DNA of 64,000 nucleotides from Terriglobia bacterium (GTDB lineage: Bacteria > Acidobacteriota > Terriglobia > Versatilivoradales > Versatilivoraceae). The position numbers and the translations under genes were made by a program. Each line of letters begins with the position of its first letter. Within the stretch, counting starts at the first letter, position 1. Location of the stretch: positions 4,712,437 through 4,776,436 of the forward strand of contig OX638355.1 of the NCBI GenBank assembly GCA_951813285.1, written 5' to 3'. Of this stretch, positions 58,010-64,000 are shown piece after piece. Below the pieces are notes generated by a model that worked only from the letters and a program-made list of their open reading frames with translations, was not told the origin of the DNA and searched no databases.

Positions 58010-58244
58010 GTGCTCTCCCTGTAGGGGAGTGCCATGGACCGCGGGCTGATTGCAGGAATAAGGATGCGGGCGGGACGCCCGCGCTCCCGGGGGGGCATCG
58101 TCCACACATTAAACCGGGAGAATGGTTTACATCCTGCCCGGGAATCGGGCAAGAAGCCTGGTTCAGCGCTCAAGAATCACTCCCCCCCTTGAGGGGGAGT
58201 CGGCGAGACAAGGGCAGAGCCCGCAGTCGAGCCGGTGGGGGGCC
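58010..58244. repeat. Hairpin-TIR repeat, family R copy 3 (inverted relative to copy 2)
   Basis: Reverse complement matches 52233..52465 over about 225 bp, including the CTCCCCCTCAAGGGGGGAGTGATTCTTGAG hairpin. Confidence 0.55.
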
Positions 58245-58272
58245 AACGCGGCATCCCGATGGTGGGGTGCAG

Positions 58273-58764
58273 CTACCCCCTGGGCGGTGGTCCCAACCCC
58301 ATGGCGCGGCGCCAGGCCGATATCTGTCCCAGGTGGTTCATTTCGTGGGAGGTCATCATCATCGTCACCATGTCGCCCATGGTGGGGAAGAATTTGCGCC
58401 GTCGTTCGTCGGGGAGAGGGGTGGCGAACCAGGCCGGGTCGGCTTTGAGCACGGCGGCGGTAACGCGCTCATGCTGAGCCGTCAGGAAGGCAAGCAGGTC
58501 CTCCTTGGAGGGATAGCGGGAAGGGTCTCCCGAGGGAACCCCGCCGGTGGCGAAGATCTGAGCCCATCCCTGCGGAGCCTGTGACTCGAGACCGAACATT
58601 CCTGCCAGGCGGTCGGACGTCATGGCCAGGTGACCGAGCGACCAGGCGGGATGATTGACCACGCCGGCCGGCTGCTCGACCATCTGCCGAGGGGTCAGGT
58701 CCCCGACCAGCCTGGCGGCGACGTTGAGATTGAATCGATAGAGGTAGGTCACATGCTGAATCAT
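58273..58764 (-). CDS. DinB/YfiT-like (DUF664, DinB_2) four-helix-bundle metalloprotein
   Basis: From 'MIQHVTYLYRFNL'. '...HPAWSLGHL...' and 'HEMNHLGQI' are the His motifs of the DinB_2 family. Confidence 0.75.
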   Translation of the reverse strand: MIQHVTYLYRFNLNVAARLVGDLTPRQMVEQPAGVVNHPAWSLGHLAMTSDRLAGMFGLESQAPQGWAQIFATGGVPSGDPSRYPSKEDLLAFLTAQHERVTAAVLKADPAWFATPLPDERRRKFFPTMGDMVTMMMTSHEMNHLGQISAWRRAMGLGPPPRG

Positions 58765-58980
58765 CGGGTTCTCCTGCAGCGTTGGAAAGTAAAACGGAGG
58801 CGACGGCCGCCCGCCCCACCGGGAACGCCGAATCGGGCAGGGGCTCAACCCGGGCGCGTTCCTGGAGGCAAGGCGCTGAAGGGGGGCATTGCGCCCAAGG
58901 GCCGCCACAAAGGGCGGCCTCAGGCAAACCCTTGGAGGAAAAGGAGGTCGATACCGGTTTCCTCAGCTAATCCGAACCGG

Positions 58981-59439
58981 TCAAACCGCCTGTGCCGAGG
59001 GAGCGCTCGCCGCGCCTTGGGCAATTCTGACTTTGGCCAGGATTTTGACCAGCCGTTCCACGTCGTCCTGCTCGGCAATGATCTGGTCTTCCAGCAGGTA
59101 GGCCGTGGGCTGGTGGCCACAGACATCTCGGGCCAGGCTGTAGGTTTCCACGGCTTGAGTTTCCAGTTCCAGATCCATCTCCAGCATCTCGGTCAGGTCG
59201 ATGGACTGGTGGATCTCACCTACCTCGACGGTCGGGACGCCGCCCAGATAGACAATCTTTTCGCCCCAAGTCTTGGCATGGGTGAGGGCTTCCTCCGCCT
59301 GCTTGTTGAACAGCTCTTCGAACACCTCCTTGTCCGGACCCGTCAGCAGCATGCTGTGCTGGTTGTATTGGACCACAGCCGTGTACTCCAGGGAAACGGC
59401 CTGGTTGAGGATTTCGATCAGTTTGTGATGATTTGCCAT
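58981..59439 (-). CDS. bfr: Bacterioferritin-like ferritin-fold protein
   Basis: 'IEILNQAVSLEYTAVVQYNQHSMLL...EALTHAKTWGEKIVYLGG...EMLEMDLELETQAV' aligns with the Bfr di-iron site pattern (E..H ... E..H). Confidence 0.8.
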   Translation of the reverse strand: MANHHKLIEILNQAVSLEYTAVVQYNQHSMLLTGPDKEVFEELFNKQAEEALTHAKTWGEKIVYLGGVPTVEVGEIHQSIDLTEMLEMDLELETQAVETYSLARDVCGHQPTAYLLEDQIIAEQDDVERLVKILAKVRIAQGAASAPSAQAV

Positions 59440-59572
59440 GGCTCACTCACCTCCCATTGAATTTCCGGACTGCCCGGCGGCAGTCGGGCCTTCGGTCGCG
59501 TTAACGGCTGCGAGTCGGTCGATGCACCCTGGAGCGAGTGTTTTCGGTCCGACTGACTCTGCCGATAACTAA

Positions 59573-59661
59573 GTTCAGTCTAACCGGAACATTGCGGCAA
59601 GTCAACCTTTAAGTTATTGAAAATATTATATTTAAAGAACTTGAATGTCAATATCAATATC
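59573..59661 (-). promoter_or_regulatory. Candidate bfr promoter (TTGACT-N17-TAGACT on minus strand) with an upstream Fur-box-like GATATTGATATTGACATTC hexamer array
   Basis: Minus-strand read is gatattgatattgacattc...ggTTGACTtgccgcaatgttccggtTAGACTgaac...gggaggtgagtgagccATG. Three GATATT-type hexamers resemble the (GATAAT)3 Fur model. Confidence 0.3.
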
Positions 59662-59815
59662 GCCTGAAGCGGGACCGGTCGCTTGCAGGAGGCCGAATGG
59701 CGGTCAGGACCGGCCTTGCGCCCCAGACCGATTGAGAGTAGATTCACTGTCCCCGAAAGAGCCGGCGGCGGCCGCGCGCCGGTGGAATGCCATCACCCGG
59801 AACCGGAGGGTACTC

Positions 59816-60520
59816 ATGTCCTTGACCAACCTGCTTTTTCAACTCCGTGAATTTGACACAGCCCTGATTGCCAACACCATTGCCTACACCGATAACACCC
59901 CCCCGCACGAATATTACATGGAGGGCTCCATCCAGTCGGTCACGCCGTCCCTGGGCCCGACGGTGGGTATAGCCATGACCTGTGAACTGGACAGCAGCAC
60001 GCCCCACAACCGAGAAAACCCGGAACCCTACCTGCGCCAACTAGACCAAATCTGCCAGACTCAAGAACCGGTGGTTTGGGTTGTGAAAACGGTGGGCACG
60101 CGACCCGATCATGAGTGTGTGGTGGGTGATGGGATGGCCAAGATTCTAGATGGTGCGGGGTGTGTCGGTGTGGTCACCGACGGCGGCGTGCGGGACGTGG
60201 CCGGTCTCCTCAGCATCCCCTTTGCGGCCTACTGCAAGGGCAAAACCATTCATCACTGCGCCCTCAATTTCGGCAAGATCAATGAGCCGGTCGAAATCGG
60301 AGGCATCACCATCCGAACCGGAGACGTCATCCACGCCAACGATGAGGGGGTCATTCGGATTCCTCCCGGCTGCCTGGAGTCGCTTCCGTCCCTGGCCCTC
60401 AAGATGCGTTCCTTTGAGCAAGACGCACACCGCTTTCTCCGTCAAACCGACCTCAGTCCACGGCAAAAAAGTCAGCGAGTGAGCCAGCTTTTTGGGGAGT
60501 ATGGGCTCGGAAAGCGGTGA
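59816..60520 (+). CDS. RraA-family protein (RNase E regulator / 4-hydroxy-4-methyl-2-oxoglutarate aldolase-like)
   Basis: From 'MSLTNLL' (GGAGGG Shine-Dalgarno). 'GCVGVVTDGGVRD' and 'GDVIHANDEGV' are RraA/DlpA family motifs. Confidence 0.8.
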   Translation: MSLTNLLFQLREFDTALIANTIAYTDNTPPHEYYMEGSIQSVTPSLGPTVGIAMTCELDSSTPHNRENPEPYLRQLDQICQTQEPVVWVVKTVGTRPDHECVVGDGMAKILDGAGCVGVVTDGGVRDVAGLLSIPFAAYCKGKTIHHCALNFGKINEPVEIGGITIRTGDVIHANDEGVIRIPPGCLESLPSLALKMRSFEQDAHRFLRQTDLSPRQKSQRVSQLFGEYGLGKR

Positions 60521-60526
60521 GCCAAG

Positions 60527-61324
60527 CTACACTTCGGCCAGGGCTTTCATCATGGTGACGGGGTCCTGCTTGAGGAAGGCGTGGGTGGCCCGATCGGTAT
60601 CCAGTTCCGCCACCAGCAGCATTTCCCGGCCCAGCTCGGAGGCTTGAATCACCAGCCCGTCGGGTCCGATGATGAAGGAGCGGCAGTTGTTGTTGGCATG
60701 GCACATGTTGGCGGAAACGAAGTAGATGGTGTTCTCTCCGGCCCGGGCCATCAGCAGGGCCTCCTGAATGGGCCGTTTCCAGGCCATGTCGCTGTACAGG
60801 TGGTTGAATTGGGGGTGAAAGACAATAGTGGCGCCGGCCTTGGCCAGTTCCCGAACGTTTTCCGGGAACCGGAACCCTTCGAAGCAGATGACGATGCCCA
60901 TGCAGATGTCGTCAAAATAGAATAGGGTGGGTCCGGTCCCCGGGGAGTAGCCTTCGGCATCCTTGGGGGTGAGCCGGCTCTTGTGATGGACCGCCAGGGT
61001 CTCTCCCTCCCGGTTCAGAATCACGGCGCTGTTGAACGGCTTGGCGGACCCGTTGGGCGTTTCGGTGCCCACGATCACCCCCATGTTCAGTTGGCGGCAA
61101 CGCCCGGCAATCTCCTCCAGCGCCCCTTCCAGGGCCCGGGCGGGACAGGCGGCCTCGGAAGCCAGCAGGCCGACCCGGTAGCCGGAGAGCTGGGTCTCGG
61201 GGAAACAGAGCAGTTCCACTCCTTCCCGAGCGGCCTTGTCCATGGTCTCAACCACCTTGGCCGTGTTGACCGCCACATCGGTGGTCTGGGGAATCTGCGC
61301 TGCGCCCACTTTGATCTTGCTCAC
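60527..61324 (-). CDS. Carbon-nitrogen hydrolase (nitrilase superfamily) protein
   Basis: Catalytic 'CFPE' (Glu), 'HHKSRL' (Lys), 'GIVICFEGFRFPE' (Cys). Confidence 0.85.
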   Translation of the reverse strand: MSKIKVGAAQIPQTTDVAVNTAKVVETMDKAAREGVELLCFPETQLSGYRVGLLASEAACPARALEGALEEIAGRCRQLNMGVIVGTETPNGSAKPFNSAVILNREGETLAVHHKSRLTPKDAEGYSPGTGPTLFYFDDICMGIVICFEGFRFPENVRELAKAGATIVFHPQFNHLYSDMAWKRPIQEALLMARAGENTIYFVSANMCHANNNCRSFIIGPDGLVIQASELGREMLLVAELDTDRATHAFLKQDPVTMMKALAEV

Positions 61325-61354
61325 TGCTTCCCTCCCGCTCCGCCTGCAACTCCA

Positions 61355-62302
61355 TCAAGGGTAGATTGTATGGCCGGCGACGCTGAGACCGATCTCGAAC
61401 AGCGTCTTTCCGGCGGTAATGTAGGCGGTCCGCTTGCCGGGTCCGCCGAAGGTGAGGTTGGTGATGACGTCTTCGGGAACGTCGATAAAGCCCAGTAGCT
61501 CCCCCGTTGGGCTCACTACGTAGATTCCCGGCGGATTCAGGCCGGTTTCGCCCTCTCCCCTGGGCATCTTGATCCCGGCCGCGGCCCAGAGATTCCCCTG
61601 GGCGTCCACGCGGAGTCCGTCCGCGCCCCGGCCCGGGGAGAAATCGTAAACCACTCTCTGATTGGCCAGCCCATCGTCGTCCTGAATGTCAAAGGCCCAG
61701 ATCTTTCTGTTGCCGCCGGGCCGGTGGTTGCTGTCCACCACGTAGAGCGTCCTGTCGTCAGGCGAGAGGGTGATGCCGTTGGGACGCTGTATGGCCGGTT
61801 GTTGCAGCACCCGCACCACCGAGCCGTCGAGGTCGATCCGATAGACCCCTTCTTCGGTCATCTCCATGATGGATCGGTCGCCGTAGCAGGGGTCGGTAAA
61901 GTAGATCCGTCCGCGACCGTCGATGACGAGGTCGTTGGGACTGTTGTATCGCCGGCCCTCGAAGCGGTCGGTAAGCACCTCGACCTCGCCGCTTTCCATT
62001 TCCGTCCGTACCAGCCGCCGCCGTCCCCCGGGGCCCGATTCACTCCCTTCGCAGCTCACCAGGCGGCCCTGCCGATCGAACATGTTTCCGTTGGTGCGGC
62101 CGCTGTCCTCCCGAAAGACCGAGAGAACCCCGTCGGCGGAAACCTTCATGATGCGGTTGTTGGCGATATCGCTGAAGAAGACGTTGCCCTCGGCATCCGC
62201 GGCCGGACCCTCGGTGAACGCAATGATGGCCGCCGAAGTCAACTTGGAGCTGGCCGCCACCCAGTCCGAGTCCTGGGGACGGCGAGAAGGGTTGTCAGAC
62301 AT
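61355..62302 (-). CDS. SMP-30/gluconolactonase/LRE-like six-bladed beta-propeller protein
   Basis: From 'MSDNPSRRP'. Repeated 'EGPAADAEGNVFFSD','NGNMFDRQGRL','PNDLVIDGRGRIYFTD','PNGITLSPDDRTLYVVD'. Confidence 0.8.
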   Translation of the reverse strand: MSDNPSRRPQDSDWVAASSKLTSAAIIAFTEGPAADAEGNVFFSDIANNRIMKVSADGVLSVFREDSGRTNGNMFDRQGRLVSCEGSESGPGGRRRLVRTEMESGEVEVLTDRFEGRRYNSPNDLVIDGRGRIYFTDPCYGDRSIMEMTEEGVYRIDLDGSVVRVLQQPAIQRPNGITLSPDDRTLYVVDSNHRPGGNRKIWAFDIQDDDGLANQRVVYDFSPGRGADGLRVDAQGNLWAAAGIKMPRGEGETGLNPPGIYVVSPTGELLGFIDVPEDVITNLTFGGPGKRTAYITAGKTLFEIGLSVAGHTIYP

Positions 62303-62457
62303 GAAACCTCCTGAATCCTGGCCGGCGCCCACCCGATGCCGGGCCGAACCTGCAGACACTCTCATTCAACAGGGAATCGGGGCCAAAGGCCACAATTATG
62401 GGACGCCACCGAGGCAATGGCAAACCAAACTTCTCCCCGGACGGCCCTGGAAAACGT

Positions 62458-63576
62458 CTATCGATAGATCCTCGGAACCCTTGGACCGATCCGGCACAGC
62501 GCCTCGTAGGGAATGGTGGAGCAGGCGGCGGCGAACTCCCGGGCCGTGATCTCCTCGCTTCCCTGCCGGCCGATCAGGCAGACTTCATCCCCCACGGCAG
62601 CGTCCGGCACCGGGCCGACATCCACGGCGGTCAGGTCCATGCTGATCCTGCCGGCAAAGGGGAGGCGGCGGCCCCCCAGCAGGACGTTGCCCCCGGACAC
62701 CAGCAGCCGGTTGACTCCATCCGCATAGCCGACCGGGAGGATGGCGATACGGGTGTCTCCGGGAGTCACGTAGTCGCCCCCGTATCCAACCGGGGTCCCG
62801 GCCTTCACCGTCTTGACCTGCATGATCGAGGTCTTGAAGCTCAGCGCCGGACTCAGGGTCAGCCGAGCCGGTCCGCTCAACGGATTGATGCCATAGAGCA
62901 TCAGCCCGGGGCGAACCGCATCGTGCCAGGCCTCTTGAAAAGCGAGAATGCCAGCGCTGTTTGCCATGTGGTTGCGGCATTCCGCCGGTGTCTCGGAGGG
63001 CAATTCCGACAACACCTGCCTGAAGCGGCCGATCTGGCTGCGGTTGGCTGGATGGCCGGGCTCGTCGGCCGAGCTGAAATGGGTATAGAGACCCTGGCAG
63101 CGGACCCATTCCAGGGCCAGGCAGCGGCCGATCACCTCGCCAGCCCTCTCGAAGGGTACACCCAGGCGGGTCATCCCGGTGTCGATCTTGATGGCGTAGC
63201 GGGCCGGGGTCTTCAGGCGGCGGGCCTCACGGGCCAACCGCAGCAGCATGTCTTGGTCATACACCGCCGGAGTCAAGTCCCGGCGAATGATCTCGGCCTC
63301 CTCCCCCGGCCAGAACCCGTTGAGGATGAGGATGGGCGATCCTATGGCGGCCCGCCTCAGCTCCAGGGCTTCCTCCAGAATGGCCACCGCCAGCGAGTCG
63401 ACCCCCGCCTCTTGCAGGCAGCGCGCCACCGGCACCGCCCCGTGACCGTAGGCGTCGGCCTTCACCACGGCAATGACGCCAACGCCCTCCTCAAGAAGAG
63501 CGCGCAGGGTTTGGAGGTTGGCCCGGATGGCAGTCAGATCGACCTCTACCCAGGTCGGTCTGCCCGATCGATTCAT
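62458..63576 (-). CDS. alr: Alanine racemase
   Basis: From 'MNRSGRPTWVEVDLTAIRANL'. PLP-lysine 'AVVKADAYGHG'. C-terminal 'RISMD...EITA.E.A....TI.YE..C'. Confidence 0.9.
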   Translation of the reverse strand: MNRSGRPTWVEVDLTAIRANLQTLRALLEEGVGVIAVVKADAYGHGAVPVARCLQEAGVDSLAVAILEEALELRRAAIGSPILILNGFWPGEEAEIIRRDLTPAVYDQDMLLRLAREARRLKTPARYAIKIDTGMTRLGVPFERAGEVIGRCLALEWVRCQGLYTHFSSADEPGHPANRSQIGRFRQVLSELPSETPAECRNHMANSAGILAFQEAWHDAVRPGLMLYGINPLSGPARLTLSPALSFKTSIMQVKTVKAGTPVGYGGDYVTPGDTRIAILPVGYADGVNRLLVSGGNVLLGGRRLPFAGRISMDLTAVDVGPVPDAAVGDEVCLIGRQGSEEITAREFAAACSTIPYEALCRIGPRVPRIYR

Positions 63577-63595
63577 GGCCTGGCCCGGGGTGGAC

Positions 63596-64000
63596 CTACT
63601 CCTGCAGGAGGCTTTCAAAGCGAGTGTACTCTTTGAGGAAAACCAGGTCTACTTTGCCTGTAGGACCGTTTCGCTGCTTGCCGATGATCAGCTCGGCAAC
63701 TCCCTGGTTCTCGTCGGTCTTCTTGTACAGCTCTTCACGGAAAATGAAGGCCACCAGGTCGGCGTCCTGCTCAATGGAGCCGGACTCTCTCAGATCCGAA
63801 AGCTGGGGGCGGTGATTCCCGGTTCGCTGCTCAGGGGCACGGCTGAGCTGGGAGAGTGCGATCACCGGAATCTCCAGTTCCTTGGCCAGCGCCTTCAGAC
63901 CCCGAGAGATGCTCGATATCTCCTGTTGGCGATTTTCAAAACGCCCTCTTCCTCCCGAAACCAGCTGCAGGTAGTCCACGATCAGCAGATCCAGCCCGCT
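63596..64000 (-). CDS. dnaB: Replicative DNA helicase DnaB, C-terminal portion (gene continues beyond the window end)
   Basis: 'DYLQLV...[33 protein letters not shown]...[25 protein letters not shown]' is the DnaB RecA-like C-terminus. The ORF is open at position 64000. Confidence 0.85.
   Translation of the reverse strand, partial: SGLDLLIVDYLQLVSGGRGRFENRQQEISSISRGLKALAKELEIPVIALSQLSRAPEQRTGNHRPQLSDLRESGSIEQDADLVAFIFREELYKKTDENQGVAELIIGKQRNGPTGKVDLVFLKEYTRFESLLQE

Noticed and set aside
30888-58448. 'Conserved' small ORF MVYI.PRNRA..LVQAS.ITPPL.GSRRDKG.ARSRSGGG present in all three family-R repeat copies (30888..31124, 52159..52353, 58122..58448)
   Set aside because: The conservation is explained by 85-90% DNA identity of the repeat. 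The ORF spans the GC hairpin and frames diverge by indels after about 35 codons. I treat it as non-coding, though a small RNA cannot be excluded.
1-64000. CRISPR arrays, rRNA and tRNA genes
   Set aside because: No regularly spaced short direct repeats with unique spacers were seen; the repeats present are inverted or dispersed. No tRNA-like T-arm/acceptor patterns or rRNA-like conserved stretches were recognised by eye. A tRNAscan or Infernal run would be decisive.

Overview
High-GC (about 63-66%) bacterial chromosomal segment. Gene content points to a Planctomycetota-like (PVC) or similar organism: a Tat-DUF1501 sulfatase-like protein next to a DUF1549/DUF1553 protein with a CXXCH 'planctomycete cytochrome c' motif, a DUF1080 lipoprotein, FG-GAP/VCBS and BNR/Asp-box proteins, and many small repeats. 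I read about 45 genuine protein-coding genes and no rRNA, tRNA or CRISPR array. Main blocks are: (i) three paralogous cytoplasmic one-protein two-component regulators (GAF-PAS-HisKA-HATPase-REC-OmpR wHTH); two of them lie in tandem at the left end, separated by a lower-GC patch with IS remnants (a TnpB N-terminal fragment, an IS3 transposase C-terminal remnant), an orphan XRE HTH gene and a MITE; (ii) an amino-acid catabolism-like cluster (SSS symporter, HpcH aldolase, SDR, class-III and class-I aminotransferases, MSOX-like FAD oxidase, ornithine cyclodeaminase-family enzyme); (iii) a YtrA-like GntR operon with an ABC ATPase and two paralogous permeases carrying large C-terminal domains of unknown function; (iv) a locus of secreted FG-GAP protein, Kelch (NanM-like) lipoprotein, M20 peptidase, two signal-less BNR sialidase-like proteins, three phytanoyl-CoA dioxygenase-family proteins, an HpcH aldolase and an enolase-superfamily enzyme; (v) a second catabolic cluster (class-IV aminotransferase, SDR, AstE/AspA-family, Gfo/Idh/MocA, threonine-synthase-like PLP enzyme, alpha/beta hydrolase, aspartase-like lyase, cupin, PrpE-like acyl-CoA synthetase); (vi) feoAB, DinB-like, bacterioferritin, RraA-like, C-N hydrolase, SMP-30, alr and the 3' end of dnaB. 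The intergenic regions are long and packed with several families of MITE-like and hairpin repeats; I consider these the most distinctive sequence-level signal in the window. All functional calls are from reading translated ORFs against remembered family signatures. No database search was possible.
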